Source: Blastocatellia bacterium (lineage in GTDB: Bacteria; Acidobacteriota; Blastocatellia; UBA7656). From it: a stretch of 64,000 bases of DNA. Under the pieces are notes generated by a model, which did not search any database, had not been told where the DNA came from, and saw only the letters and a program-made list of their open reading frames with translations. The position numbers and the translations under genes are program-made. The stretch is from positions 1,200 to 65,199 of the forward strand of contig JBJMGU010000271.1 of assembly GCA_045807765.1 (NCBI GenBank), read 5' to 3'. Positions 51,280 through 61,522 of the stretch are shown piece by piece (position 1 is the stretch's first letter; the number at the start of each line of letters is the position of its first letter).

Positions 51280-52422
51280 TCAACAGATTCTCGGCAACTG
51301 CTCGCCGGCGAGCATGTCTACGATGCGTGTGCCGCCAAAGCCTGTGACCATCGCAACGATGCCTCTGGGCTCGGCCTTGACTTCGCCGATGATGCACGCC
51401 TCACGGCCATAGCGGCTGCTTGTCATCCGCGCTACCAGCGCGTCAGCAATCTCCCCGGCGACGATGGCGATTAACTTGCCTTCGTTGGCAACGTAGAGCG
51501 GATCGAGCCCCAATATCTCGCAAGCGCCTTTCACCTCTTCTCGCACAGGAATGCGATCTTCGTAAATCTGCACATAGACTTCAGAAGTGAGGGCGATCTC
51601 GTTCAGTGTCGTCGCCACGCCGCCGCGCGTCGGATCGCGCAGACAATGAATCCCGTCAAGAAGCTCGGCGCGGGCGGCCTCATCGAGCATATCGCCGACC
51701 AGCGAGCCGAGCGGCGCGCAATCGCTTTCGATGTCGGTTTCAAGCTCAAGCTCACCGCGCGCAATCATGATCGTCGTGCCATGATCGCCAACCGTACCGC
51801 TGAGAATCACCTTATCGCCGGGACGGGCGCGCGCCGCAGAGATGGTGACGGGCGACTCGATAACGCCGATGCCCGCCGTGTTAATAAATATCTTGTCGGC
51901 GCTGCCTTTCTGCACGACTTTGGTGTCGCCGGTGACGATCTGTATGCCCGCTTCGGCGCTAGCTTCACGCATGGATTGCAAGATGCGCTTCAGGTCTGCG
52001 ATGGCAAACCCTTCTTCAAGAATAAAGCCGGCGGATAGATAAAGCGGGCGCGCGCCGCTCATTGCCAGGTCATTGACCGTGCCGTTGACGGCGAGCTTGC
52101 CGATGTCGCCTCCTGGAAAGAAGATCGGATCAACCACAAATGAATCGGTAGTGAACGCTAGCTTCATAGGTTGCCGAGCGGCAGTAAGCTCCGCCGCCGT
52201 CACGCCGCCGGTCTGTGGAACTTCAAAGACCGCCTGGTCTTCGAGCCGCTCTAGCAAAGGGTTTCTCAAGTACTCAAGGAACAGTCCCTCGACCAGCTCA
52301 TGCATCGCTTTGCCGCCGCTGCCATGAGCCAGCGTAATGTGTGTTTCTCTGATCCGGACTTTTCTTCGCCTTGCTCTCTCGACTCTCGCAAAGAGAGGCG
52401 ATGCGGTGAATTCTTCAGTCAT
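51280..52422 (-). CDS. hypE: Hydrogenase maturation factor HypE
   Basis: AIR-synthase-like fold. Motif HGSGGKAMHELVEG and the C-terminal PRIC tail characteristic of HypE. Confidence 0.9.
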   Translation of the reverse strand: MTEEFTASPLFARVERARRRKVRIRETHITLAHGSGGKAMHELVEGLFLEYLRNPLLERLEDQAVFEVPQTGGVTAAELTAARQPMKLAFTTDSFVVDPIFFPGGDIGKLAVNGTVNDLAMSGARPLYLSAGFILEEGFAIADLKRILQSMREASAEAGIQIVTGDTKVVQKGSADKIFINTAGIGVIESPVTISAARARPGDKVILSGTVGDHGTTIMIARGELELETDIESDCAPLGSLVGDMLDEAARAELLDGIHCLRDPTRGGVATTLNEIALTSEVYVQIYEDRIPVREEVKGACEILGLDPLYVANEGKLIAIVAGEIADALVARMTSSRYGREACIIGEVKAEPRGIVAMVTGFGGTRIVDMLAGEQLPRIC

Positions 52423-52440
52423 AGCTCTATCCGCCGTGCG

Positions 52441-53568
52441 TTATGGCCGCGCTTGCAGGCCCGACCGTTCAGCAACTTTCGAGAGACGCCCGAAGTTGTA
52501 ATACGCCGCGCAAGCGCCTTCCGAAGAGACCATGCAGGAGCCGATAGGCGTCTCAGGTGTGCAGGCGGTGCCGAAGACTTTGCACTCCCAGGGCTTCTTC
52601 ACGCCCTTTAAAATCTCGCCGCACTGACAGGCCTTCGGATCGGCAATTTTCAATCCCGGCACGGCGAACTTCAACTCCGCATCAAACGCTGCGTACTTCT
52701 TCTGCAACTTCATGCCGCTGTGAGGAATCGAGCCCAGTCCACGCCACTCGAAATAATCGCGCGGCTCAAATACATCGAAGATCACTTCCAGCGCCTTGAC
52801 GTTGCCTTCGCGCAGGACGACGCGCGAATACTGATTCTCGACTTCCTTGCGGCCTTCGACCGCCTGTTTGACGATCATATAAACCGACTGCAAAATGTCG
52901 AGCGGCTCGAATCCTGACACCACGATGGGCTTGCCATAGTCGCGCGGCACGAAATCATAACAGCGGGTGCCGATGACCGTGCTGACGTGGCCTGGCCCCA
53001 GGAAGCCATCGAGCTTCAGGTCGGGCGAATCGAGCATCGCTTTGAGCGCCGGCACGATCATGATGTGGTTGCAGAAGACGCTAAAATTTTCGACGCCGTC
53101 TTTTGCCGCCTGCCTTATGGTCATGGCAGTTGACGGCGCGGTGGTCTCAAACCCGAGCGCCAGAAAGACGACCTGGCGGTCGGGATTCTTCTTGGCAATC
53201 TTCAAAGCATCAAGCGGCGAATAGACCATGCGCACGTCGGCGCCAGCGGCCTTGGCATCGAACAGGTTGGTGTTCGAGCCGGGCACGCGCATCATATCGC
53301 CGAATGTGGTGAAGATCACGCCCGGCTTCAAGGCCAGCGAGATCGAATCATCTGTTCGCCCCAGCGGAATAACGCACACAGGGCATCCCGGCCCATGAAT
53401 CATCTCGATGTTCGGCGGCAGCAAATCTTCAATGCCATACTTGAAGATCGTATGCGTGTGACCGCCGCAGACCTCCATCAGCTTGAGCGGCTCGTCGGTC
53501 AACTGCGCAATCTGATCGGCGAGCCGGCGGGCCAGTTCGCTCTGCCGGTATTCATCAACGAATTTCAT
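52441..53568 (-). CDS. hypD: Hydrogenase maturation factor HypD
   Basis: CGGHTHTIFKYGIEDLLP (CGxH motif), GPGCPVCV, and C-terminal Cys motifs. Confidence 0.9.
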   Translation of the reverse strand: MKFVDEYRQSELARRLADQIAQLTDEPLKLMEVCGGHTHTIFKYGIEDLLPPNIEMIHGPGCPVCVIPLGRTDDSISLALKPGVIFTTFGDMMRVPGSNTNLFDAKAAGADVRMVYSPLDALKIAKKNPDRQVVFLALGFETTAPSTAMTIRQAAKDGVENFSVFCNHIMIVPALKAMLDSPDLKLDGFLGPGHVSTVIGTRCYDFVPRDYGKPIVVSGFEPLDILQSVYMIVKQAVEGRKEVENQYSRVVLREGNVKALEVIFDVFEPRDYFEWRGLGSIPHSGMKLQKKYAAFDAELKFAVPGLKIADPKACQCGEILKGVKKPWECKVFGTACTPETPIGSCMVSSEGACAAYYNFGRLSKVAERSGLQARP

Positions 53569-53584
53569 TTGTGCCCCCCTGGTT

Positions 53585-54274
53585 TCAGCCTTCGACCATC
53601 GAGCGATGCTCTAAGTAGGTATGCACCATATCCCACATCGTGTGGTAGAGCGTAACGTGGCTTTCCTGTATGCGATGGATGCTCGAAGTCGGAACGGTCA
53701 AGCAGAAGTCCAGCCGCTCGCTTTCGTGCAGCCTGGCCATCTGTCCTCCATTACCGCCCGCATAAGCAATGGTGATCAGCTTCATCCGCCGCGCAGTTTC
53801 GAAAGCGTGCATTAAGTTTTCGGAGTTGCCACTGGTTGACAGCCCAAGCAGCAGATCACCTTCGCGTCCGAGCGCGATGATCTGCCGCGAGAAGACATCG
53901 GCAAACCCGACATCGTTCGAGACGGCTGTAACCATGGCCATGTCGTTGGTCAGGCAGATGGCCGGCAGCGCTTTGCGCCCGACCGTGATCGGGTGCATGA
54001 ACTCGACGGCGATGTGCTGCGCATCGGTCGCCGAGCCGCCGTTGCCGCAGACCAGCAGCTTGCCGCCGCGTTGAAAACTCCGGGCCATCGCCAGCGATGC
54101 GGCGAGGATGGCGTCGGCGTTGGCTTCAAAGAATTGCTGTTTGACCTCGGCGCTTTCGTGCGCCTTTTCAAGCAGCGAGAAGCGCAGCTCTTCCTGCAAG
54201 TCCTGCGGCTTCTTGTCGGCATCGTGCAGGAAGGGGTAAAACGAACGAGAAAAATCTTCTATCGTTTTTGCCAT
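53585..54274 (-). CDS. SIS-domain protein (GmhA/DiaA-like sugar-phosphate isomerase fold) embedded in the hyp operon
   Basis: SIS motifs KLLVCGNGGSATDAQHIAVEF and LLLGLSTSGNSEN. Confidence 0.8.
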   Translation of the reverse strand: MAKTIEDFSRSFYPFLHDADKKPQDLQEELRFSLLEKAHESAEVKQQFFEANADAILAASLAMARSFQRGGKLLVCGNGGSATDAQHIAVEFMHPITVGRKALPAICLTNDMAMVTAVSNDVGFADVFSRQIIALGREGDLLLGLSTSGNSENLMHAFETARRMKLITIAYAGGNGGQMARLHESERLDFCLTVPTSSIHRIQESHVTLYHTMWDMVHTYLEHRSMVEG

Positions 54275-54283
54275 GTCGCCACC

Positions 54284-54550
54284 CTACTGAATCGAGCCCT
54301 TGAACTGATTCATCTCCTCTTCATATGAACCCAGCTCTTCAAGCAGCCTGAGCGTTTCCCTGGCTTCTTTCTCGTCAATCTTGCTCATCGCGAAGCCGAC
54401 GTGAATCAACACGTAATCGCCGATGCGTGCGTCGTCACGGTCGAGCATGCCGATATTGACATTGCGCCGCACGCCTCCGACCTCGACTTTGGCGATCTGA
54501 TTTTCTTCGTCAACGATCTCGACGATCTTTCCAGGTATGGCAAGACACAT
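54284..54550 (-). CDS. hypC: Hydrogenase maturation factor HypC
   Basis: Begins MCLAIPGKIVEI (conserved MC(L/I)(A/G)IP N-terminus). 88 aa. Confidence 0.85.
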   Translation of the reverse strand: MCLAIPGKIVEIVDEENQIAKVEVGGVRRNVNIGMLDRDDARIGDYVLIHVGFAMSKIDEKEARETLRLLEELGSYEEEMNQFKGSIQ

Positions 54551-56848
54551 TTACAAAATCCTCCCCGCCAGCCATCGGGCGTTAGCGACCACCGCCTGGC
54601 CGAGCGAGATGCCGCCGTCGTTGGGCGGCACGCGATGATGGGTGAAGACCTCGAAGCCATCAGCCGTAAGCCTTCGGCAGGTCTGTTCGAGAAGAAACAT
54701 ATTTTGAAAGACGCCGCCCGACAGGACGACGCGATTGAGCCGGTGTTCGCCTCGCGCTTTGCACGCGACGAACGCAATCAAGCGGGCGACGCCGTGATGA
54801 AACTTTGCTGACACCGATGCCGGAGAAGCGCCGTCGAGCAAATCCGCGACCGCCTGTTGAATCACTGCGTCAGCTTTGATGATGTCGCCCGCCGTGTCGA
54901 ACTCATAGCCGGCGGTTGAATTGCGATCCGCTATCGCTTCCAGCTCAATCGCCGCCTGCCCTTCGAAGTTCACCACGTTGCGCAAACCGAGCAGGCTCGA
55001 CACCGCGTCAAAGAGCCTTCCCATGCTCGAAGTCTGCGGGCTGTTCGTGCCGCTTTCGGCCATGCGCTGAAGCGTCGTCCAACGGCGACGATCAAGCTGT
55101 TGCACAAACGGCAAATCCAGATTGAGGAATTCATTGCCCATTGTACGATGCAGGTAGATTGCCGCCATGCGCCAGGGTTCGCGGATGGCGCGCGCGCCGC
55201 CGGGCATCGGCACATAATCGAGATGCGCAATCCGTTCGGCGTTGACGAAGTCGGCGACAAAAAACTCGCCGCCCCAGAACCGGCCATCAGAGCCAAATCC
55301 AAGTCCATCCATCGCCACGCCGATCACCTGGTCTTGAATGCCGTTGTCGGCCATGCAGCTTGCGATGTGCGCGTGATGATGCGGCACGCCGACCTTGATG
55401 GCGATGTCGTCAAGCGCCAGCGCGTACTTGCTCGACAGGTATTCCGGGTGCAAGTCGTAGGCAATCATCTCAGGGTGAAGATTGAAGAGTTGCTTGAAGT
55501 GGGCGATGCCTTGCTCGTATGAGCGGAGCGTTTCGAGGTTTTCCAGGTCGCCGATATGATGACTGACAAACGCATAATTCTCATGCGTCAGGCAGAAGGT
55601 ATTCTTCAGCTCCGCCCCGCAGGCGAGAATCTCTTGTGCAAATCGAAACGCGCAGCGGAGAGGCGCGGGCGCATAACCGCGCGAGCGCCGCAAAATCATC
55701 GCGCGCCCATTGAACACGCGAGCGACTGAATCATCCGAACGCATGTGTATGCGCCGGTCGTGCAGCAAGAGCGCATCGGCGATCTTGCCGATGCGTCGGC
55801 CAGCGTCTTCGTCCTCGTAACAGATCGGCTCATCAGACAGGTTGCCACTGGTCATCACCAGCGGGCGCTCCAGACCATCGTGCAGCAGGTGATGCAGCGG
55901 CGAGTACGGCAACATGAAGCCGAGCGAGCGGACGCCGGGCGCAACCGCCGCTGGGATCGTTGAATCGGGCTTTCTTTCAAGCAAGACGACGGGACGCTGC
56001 GCCGACCGCAGCAACGCCGCTTCAGCCTCGGATACGAAGCAATGTTCCAAAAGCAAATCTATTGAAGCGGCCATCAAAGCGAAGGGCTTATCTTCGCGGT
56101 ATTTTCTTTGTCGCAAGCGCGCCACCGCTTCCGCGTTCAGCCCGTCGCAGGCGAGATGAAAGCCGCCGATGCCTTTGATGGCGACAATCTGTCCGGCGAG
56201 TAACCGGGCGCGTGTCCTCGCGATGGCGTCTTCACCGCTCGCCGCATCGCTAATGATTTCGTGTCCATTCTCATCGGCAAGAAAAACCCGCGGGCCGCAA
56301 GCCGGGCAAGCAGTCGGCTCGGCATGAAAGCGGCGGTCGAGCGGATTCTCGTACTCGGCGCGACAGGCCGCGCACATCACGAATTCCCACATCGTCGTCT
56401 TGTCGCGGTCATACGGCACGTCTTCGATGATCGTGAAGCGTGGGCCGCAGTTCGTGCAGTTGATGAACGGATAGCGGTAGCGACGATCCGCGGGGTCAAA
56501 CAATTCTTTGAGGCAATCATCGCAAGTTGCGATGTCTGCCGAGATGGGAATGAACTTCTCGCCGGCAGCGTCGCTCTCGACGATGCGGAAGTCGGCGTAG
56601 TTGGCAGGCGTCAGATGATCGCGGCGCTCGACCGATTCGATCACAGACAGTGGCGGCGGGCTTAATCTGATTTCGTCAATGAGCTGGCCGATGGCGTCGA
56701 TCTCGCCTTCAACGTCTATGAACACGCCTGTCGTGTTGTTCAGGACGCGGCCCTTGAGCGCCCGCCGCTGCGCCTGCGAGAAGATGAACGGGCGGAAGCC
56801 GACCCCCTGGACAATGCCCCGCACCAGTATTTGAACGCGCGCGTCCAT
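54551..56848 (-). CDS. hypF: Carbamoyltransferase HypF
   Basis: Acylphosphatase domain VRGIVQGVGFRPFIF; two CxxC...CxxC zinc fingers; YrdC and Kae1-like domains. Start chosen at MDARVQ. The ORF-track extension to 56947 overlaps hypB. Confidence 0.9.
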   Translation of the reverse strand: MDARVQILVRGIVQGVGFRPFIFSQAQRRALKGRVLNNTTGVFIDVEGEIDAIGQLIDEIRLSPPPLSVIESVERRDHLTPANYADFRIVESDAAGEKFIPISADIATCDDCLKELFDPADRRYRYPFINCTNCGPRFTIIEDVPYDRDKTTMWEFVMCAACRAEYENPLDRRFHAEPTACPACGPRVFLADENGHEIISDAASGEDAIARTRARLLAGQIVAIKGIGGFHLACDGLNAEAVARLRQRKYREDKPFALMAASIDLLLEHCFVSEAEAALLRSAQRPVVLLERKPDSTIPAAVAPGVRSLGFMLPYSPLHHLLHDGLERPLVMTSGNLSDEPICYEDEDAGRRIGKIADALLLHDRRIHMRSDDSVARVFNGRAMILRRSRGYAPAPLRCAFRFAQEILACGAELKNTFCLTHENYAFVSHHIGDLENLETLRSYEQGIAHFKQLFNLHPEMIAYDLHPEYLSSKYALALDDIAIKVGVPHHHAHIASCMADNGIQDQVIGVAMDGLGFGSDGRFWGGEFFVADFVNAERIAHLDYVPMPGGARAIREPWRMAAIYLHRTMGNEFLNLDLPFVQQLDRRRWTTLQRMAESGTNSPQTSSMGRLFDAVSSLLGLRNVVNFEGQAAIELEAIADRNSTAGYEFDTAGDIIKADAVIQQAVADLLDGASPASVSAKFHHGVARLIAFVACKARGEHRLNRVVLSGGVFQNMFLLEQTCRRLTADGFEVFTHHRVPPNDGGISLGQAVVANARWLAGRIL

Positions 56849-56864
56849 AATCTTAGTAAAGACC

Positions 56865-57566
56865 TTAGTAATGTGCGGCTCGCCCGCTGCGCGCTTCACC
56901 GCGCAACACAGCCAGGCGCGATTCGAGAAATTGCAAGAACGGCTCAAGTCCCGCGCCGGTCTTCGCCGAAGCTTCGAATACCTGCATGCCTGGACGAACC
57001 GCTTGAATGTTACGGTGCGCCGCCGCCGGATCGAATTCGACGGCCTGCGCCAGATCGATCTTCGTAATCAAGGCGATGTCCGCTGTGTTAAAGATCGTCG
57101 GGTACTTGAGCGGCTTGTCTTCACCTTCGGTCACAGACATCAGCACCAGCCGCAGGTCTTCGCCGAGGTCATAGCTCGACGGGCAAACCATATTGCCGAC
57201 GTTTTCGATGAACAGAATATCCAGGTCTTCCAGTTGCCAGCCGTCGAGCGCGCGCTCGACCATCGCGGCTTCAAGATGACAGACCGTGCCGGTGATGATC
57301 TGCCTGACCGGAGCCTGACTGCGTGCCAACCGCGCCGCGTCATTCTCGGTTGCAAGATCGCCGACCAGCGCCGCCACCGCGTACAACTCGCGAAGGCGCG
57401 TCAGCAGCTTTTCAAGAAACATGGTTTTGCCTGCACCGGGACTTGATACCAGGCTGACGACGTAGACGCCGGCTTCACGGAAACGTTCGCGCAACGAGCG
57501 GGCAAGCTGATCGTTTTGCTTCAGAACCTTTTGCCTGACTTCGACCAGACGTGGTGGCGTGCTCAT
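56865..57566 (-). CDS. hypB: Hydrogenase nickel-incorporation GTPase HypB
   Basis: P-loop SSPGAGKT; CobW/HypB G-domain, ~230 aa. Overlaps hypA by 4 nt. Confidence 0.9.
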   Translation of the reverse strand: MSTPPRLVEVRQKVLKQNDQLARSLRERFREAGVYVVSLVSSPGAGKTMFLEKLLTRLRELYAVAALVGDLATENDAARLARSQAPVRQIITGTVCHLEAAMVERALDGWQLEDLDILFIENVGNMVCPSSYDLGEDLRLVLMSVTEGEDKPLKYPTIFNTADIALITKIDLAQAVEFDPAAAHRNIQAVRPGMQVFEASAKTGAGLEPFLQFLESRLAVLRGEARSGRAAHY

Positions 57567-57907
57567 TGCTGTATCTCCAGGGCGGTCACTTCAAGCTCGC
57601 GGCCACGAACGACCTCAGGCGTCGGGCTGTCGCAAACCGAACAACAGAATCGCTGCACCGAATCTAGCGTGCGCTCGGCCCGACACGCCGGGCAGTAGAC
57701 CACCGTCGGAACTTCCTCAATCAGCAGATGCGAGCCTTCAAGCAGAGTGCCTTCGCAAGCCAGGTCATAAGAAAAGAGCAGCGCTTCTTTGACAACGCCC
57801 GAAAGCGTCCCCAGCTTGAGGTGCACGGCATTGACCTGAACGCCGCGCTCTCTGGCCTCTTCTTCGGCCATCGAGATAATGCTCAGAGCAATGGATAACT
57901 CGTGCAT
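57563..57907 (-). CDS. hypA: Hydrogenase nickel-insertion protein HypA
   Basis: MHELSIALSIISMAEEEA N-terminus (MHE Ni site). Zinc motif CPACRAE...CSVCDS. Confidence 0.85.
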   Translation of the reverse strand: MHELSIALSIISMAEEEARERGVQVNAVHLKLGTLSGVVKEALLFSYDLACEGTLLEGSHLLIEEVPTVVYCPACRAERTLDSVQRFCCSVCDSPTPEVVRGRELEVTALEIQQ

Positions 57908-57936
57908 AGTTTCTCAACGATCAGCCGCCACCCGAA

Positions 57937-58506
57937 CTATTGCCGATAAGCGACGATGTCAAACGAGAACTTCAATTCATCTTTCAGCTTGATCGTGCCG
58001 CCGACGGCGCTGACCTGCTTGATATTGAAATCGCTCTGCCGCAGCGGGAATTCGCCATTGGCGCGCAGCGTGTCTTCGCCGGCGATCACCTGCGCATCGA
58101 TCACACACTGGCGAGTGACGCCATGCATAGACATGTTGCCGCTGATCCGCGCGCGGTACTGGCTGTCCATCACCTTTTCCGCAGCGACGCTGGTGCTCTC
58201 GAAAACGATCTCCGGGTAACGAGCGGTTTCGAGCACTTCTTCGCGCATCTGCCGTTCCATCTCTCGACGGTCGCTGTCGCGCACATCGTCGGCGACGGCG
58301 AGCGACTCGGCTTTAATCCGCAAGCCGAGCGCGGCGGCGTCGAGGTGATCGGGCGAGAACCGCACCTCGCCCGTGAAGTCGCGGATGGCTATCGTCGGAC
58401 TGTGACCGAAGGCTGAGAGCAGTCCCGTAGCGAAGGCTTTCACGACAAAGCGGCTGCGGCGGCCATCGACACGGTAGCTCGCCGCGCCGGGTTCATTAGC
58501 GCTCAT
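57937..58506 (-). CDS. YceI-like domain protein
   Basis: 189 aa beta-barrel family sequence: ...RFVVKAFATGLLSAFGHSPTIAIRDFTGEVRF.... Confidence 0.7.
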   Translation of the reverse strand: MSANEPGAASYRVDGRRSRFVVKAFATGLLSAFGHSPTIAIRDFTGEVRFSPDHLDAAALGLRIKAESLAVADDVRDSDRREMERQMREEVLETARYPEIVFESTSVAAEKVMDSQYRARISGNMSMHGVTRQCVIDAQVIAGEDTLRANGEFPLRQSDFNIKQVSAVGGTIKLKDELKFSFDIVAYRQ

Positions 58507-58647
58507 CTAATCACCTGTCTTCCCTTCCAGCGCAACCTGACACGGACGCCTGTTCCGCACTCGCCTGCGATAGTTTGCCCAATCCTTGCTCGTTCTTTCA
58601 TGCGAGCCGAACGCCGGAATATCAATCTCATTGCCGCTGGGCTCATC

Positions 58648-58839
58648 TCACATGGTGTGCATTTTTATAAGCCGTTTGATATCTGGAAAATTCGTTACCA
58701 GCCCATAGGCAAGAGCTGCCAGCGTTGTGCCGCCGATGATTTTCCAGACAAGGTGGTTTGACGATGTCTTTTTGTGAAAAAGGTCCATACTGTAAATTCT
58801 CCCCTTCCAAGAATCACTCACAGCACCACACCTTTCCAC
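58648..58839 (-). CDS. Possible small membrane protein (45-63 aa) in an AT-rich patch
   Basis: ORF with a hydrophobic segment IIGGTTLAALAYGLV. Weak coding evidence, low GC. Confidence 0.3.
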   Translation of the reverse strand: MERCGAVSDSWKGRIYSMDLFHKKTSSNHLVWKIIGGTTLAALAYGLVTNFPDIKRLIKMHTM

Positions 58840-58882
58840 GGTACTTTAACAATAGACTCTTTTGAGTGATTCAATCAATCTT

Positions 58883-58929
58883 ACCGGCTTTGAAAAGCCG
58901 GCCTAAACTCATCCCGCCGCGACGCGGCT
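58883..58929. other. Conserved two-hairpin intergenic element, copy B (copy A at 33364-33409)
   Basis: accggct TTGAAAAGCC ggcCTAAAcTCATcccGCCGCgACGCGGC. It sits 16 nt downstream of the hydrogenase protease stop codon. Confidence 0.4.
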
Positions 58930-58945
58930 GACGAGTTGTCGTGAC

Positions 58946-59461
58946 TCAACACGCCGCCCGCTGCCGGCTCTCGTTAAGAATCCCGGCGATCAACGACTCG
59001 ACTACGTGAACCGCATCAGTGACGGCGGCTTCGACCACTTCGCTCAAGCCTAGTTGTCCTTCTTCGGGGCCGAGCGTCGCCGGCTCGCAGCCGACCAGCA
59101 AGATGCGCTTGAACTCGCCGCCCATCGCCTTGACCATCGCCAGCACTTTCATTGGATTCATGCCGTGCGGCTCGACCAGCGCGGCTTGCGCGTCTAATTC
59201 GGCCAGCTCACTCAAGTCAGGCTCGATGGTGTAGAGTGTGCCGGGCTCGGCGCCGCGCGGCGTCGCATCAATAAAAATCGTTACGTCGTAGCCGTCCATC
59301 AGCGCATAGGCGAGATCAAAGCCGCGGATGCCGAAATCAACGACGCGCACTTCACAGGGCTGCGAGCGGCTGGCTAGCTGCCGCGCCACTTCCGAGCCGA
59401 AGCCGTCATCACCGAGAAAGATATTGCCGATGCCGGCGATCAGAATGTGTGGCTGTGTCAT
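58946..59461 (-). CDS. Hydrogenase maturation protease (HyaD/HybD/HupD family)
   Basis: MTQPHILIAGIGNIFLGDDGFGSEVARQL is the classic N-terminus (Asp/Gly motif) of [NiFe]-hydrogenase C-terminal processing endopeptidases. Confidence 0.85.
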   Translation of the reverse strand: MTQPHILIAGIGNIFLGDDGFGSEVARQLASRSQPCEVRVVDFGIRGFDLAYALMDGYDVTIFIDATPRGAEPGTLYTIEPDLSELAELDAQAALVEPHGMNPMKVLAMVKAMGGEFKRILLVGCEPATLGPEEGQLGLSEVVEAAVTDAVHVVESLIAGILNESRQRAAC

Positions 59462-59784
59462 GTATTCTTCTCTTCGGCCTCGCCGGGCAGTAGCGGCTCG
59501 ACCTCTTCGACTGTAAAGAAGAAGCGATGGCCGGGTTGACGAAGCAACCCCAGGTCGCGCCCCGGATCGTCATCAATGATCACCGCCAGGTGAATCTTGT
59601 TTTCATAATCCTGTTCGATGGATTCAATCGTCGCGATCTTTCCGGCAAGCGCCAGATCCAGAATGTCGCCGCCGGGCCGCGGACGCAGGCGTACACGGTC
59701 GCCTTGCTTGAGATCAGTCCCCCACACAGAGACATGATCCAACTGAGTTTTTTCTTCGAGCAGTTGCCACTCCCATTCGTTCAT
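59458..59784 (-). CDS. Conserved hypothetical protein, hydrogenase-cluster associated
   Basis: 108 aa. Overlaps both neighbours by 4 nt (translationally coupled chain). Confidence 0.6.
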   Translation of the reverse strand: MNEWEWQLLEEKTQLDHVSVWGTDLKQGDRVRLRPRPGGDILDLALAGKIATIESIEQDYENKIHLAVIIDDDPGRDLGLLRQPGHRFFFTVEEVEPLLPGEAEEKNT

Positions 59785-60845
59785 CGCTCGTCCTCTTCAA
59801 CAGAACGCCGGCTACGCATCGCGCCATGCATCTTCATCAGTTGCTCGGCTGGCATGGTCTCGGTTCGTTCAAGTATCCGCCGAGCGCGTTCGTCTACGCC
59901 GCGCATGGCGCGTTTCTCTTCTTCGGTCAACGTCAGAATGCGCAGCGTCAGAATCTCATCAATCTCTGTCCCGTCGAAGAGATCGCCAGGACTTTCCGGC
60001 GCGATCTCCGGGTAGTCATACAGGATGATCGGTGATGACAACATGCAATCACGCTCGCCCGCTTCGCCGACCAGCACCGGCCAGGTGCCGACGTTCCGGC
60101 AATCGGCCACTCGCTCGCGCAAGCCTGCGGGCGGGTCGAGCAACGAAACGAACTCGCCATCACGAAGGCTGAGAATCGTGTGCGTTGAAACCAGTGATTG
60201 CATCAATGCCTCGTCGCGGCTCTTCGATGCAGCGTCCTCAAACTGTGTGCGATTCAGTATTCGCACCGTGAACTTAAACAAGTTATCGCCGGCAGGCCGG
60301 GTGGTTATTTCGAGAGTTCCTTTGAGCGATTCTTGCTTGCGGACGATCACGCCGACAATCTTGCCGCTTGCATCACGCAAAGGCTCAATCTCGCGCGACG
60401 ACGGAAAGGCAAACATCAGCCGCCGCGCTTCAGTAACCAGATCATTCAAGTCGAGCGGCGGCGCGCTCGTCTCGCGTTCGACGGCTTCCTGCCAGCTTTG
60501 AAAAAGCTGATCGCCGACCTCAAGACTTTCGACCAGATGAAAATCCGGCTCCGCGCCTTCTGATAACTCGACGACCGGGGTCGTCAGTTTTCCGACTTCG
60601 CGCGCCAGCAGGTGCAGGAAACGTCCCTTCACATCTATCGTCGTATGCGGCCCACCCATCACCAAACATTCTGTCTGCATGCTCCAGGCTTCCGTGCCGC
60701 GCTGCGCATGGCTATAGCTTTCAGGGCAGAGCGCGCCGAAGTTAAAGCGCTGCTGATTCTTCACCGCCGAGGGCCGATAAGGGTAGAGGATGTACCCCTC
60801 GTAGAGCACGGCGTTGACCAGTCTTTCTACCAGCCGGAGATTCAT
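59781..60845 (-). CDS. Conserved hypothetical protein, hydrogenase-cluster associated
   Basis: 354 aa. Coding bias; overlapping start/stop with neighbours. Confidence 0.65.
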   Translation of the reverse strand: MNLRLVERLVNAVLYEGYILYPYRPSAVKNQQRFNFGALCPESYSHAQRGTEAWSMQTECLVMGGPHTTIDVKGRFLHLLAREVGKLTTPVVELSEGAEPDFHLVESLEVGDQLFQSWQEAVERETSAPPLDLNDLVTEARRLMFAFPSSREIEPLRDASGKIVGVIVRKQESLKGTLEITTRPAGDNLFKFTVRILNRTQFEDAASKSRDEALMQSLVSTHTILSLRDGEFVSLLDPPAGLRERVADCRNVGTWPVLVGEAGERDCMLSSPIILYDYPEIAPESPGDLFDGTEIDEILTLRILTLTEEEKRAMRGVDERARRILERTETMPAEQLMKMHGAMRSRRSVEEDER

Positions 60846-61522
60846 CAGTGGACTCTCTCCTCGGTGCCGGGGCGCTCGTGGTCAGGCCGCTCCTCTTCAG
60901 GCAGTAGGCTTTCGAGCGCCTGCTCAAAGGTCGGAATGCCGCGCCGCACCTTGTAACGATACAAACGGTCGAAGACATCTCGGCGCAACGCAAGCCAGGC
61001 GCTATTCGGATAATAGATGTCCATCATCTGCTGCCAGACCGCGACCGGCAGGCGATAGCGCGCTTCCTTGTCCCAGGGAATCTGCGCCACTTGCAGAGCG
61101 CCTTCGTCGGTCGCATAAAAGACCGTGCCGCTGAACAAGAGATTGAGCGACACCTCGCCATCCGTCAGCCCTGCAAAATACTTCGTTGCCGCCACATTGA
61201 AGTCGAAGGTGCAAGGCACCTGTAGATCAACCACAGAGCTTCCGGTGAACGAGGGGACAATGACGCTCGTGTGTGTCCAGAGCATCGGGCGCAGGGTCTG
61301 GCCCCAACGTTCCGGCTCGCCGAACAGATCGCGCAAGCGCTCCTGCTCATCATCCTGATAACGGCGTCGCGCCGGATCGATCATGATCTGGCAGCGCAGC
61401 GCAATCGTGTGAATCGGCTCACCTACAACCGCGTTGCTGACACACAGCTTGAAAGCCAGCAACGGCGCGGCGGCATAGGGAACCGCTTCTGCCGTTTCCA
61501 CCTCGAAGCTCAGGTCAGGCAT
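60845..61522 (-). CDS. Conserved hypothetical protein, hydrogenase-cluster associated
   Basis: 225 aa. Translationally coupled with neighbours. Confidence 0.65.
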   Translation of the reverse strand: MPDLSFEVETAEAVPYAAAPLLAFKLCVSNAVVGEPIHTIALRCQIMIDPARRRYQDDEQERLRDLFGEPERWGQTLRPMLWTHTSVIVPSFTGSSVVDLQVPCTFDFNVAATKYFAGLTDGEVSLNLLFSGTVFYATDEGALQVAQIPWDKEARYRLPVAVWQQMMDIYYPNSAWLALRRDVFDRLYRYKVRRGIPTFEQALESLLPEEERPDHERPGTEERVH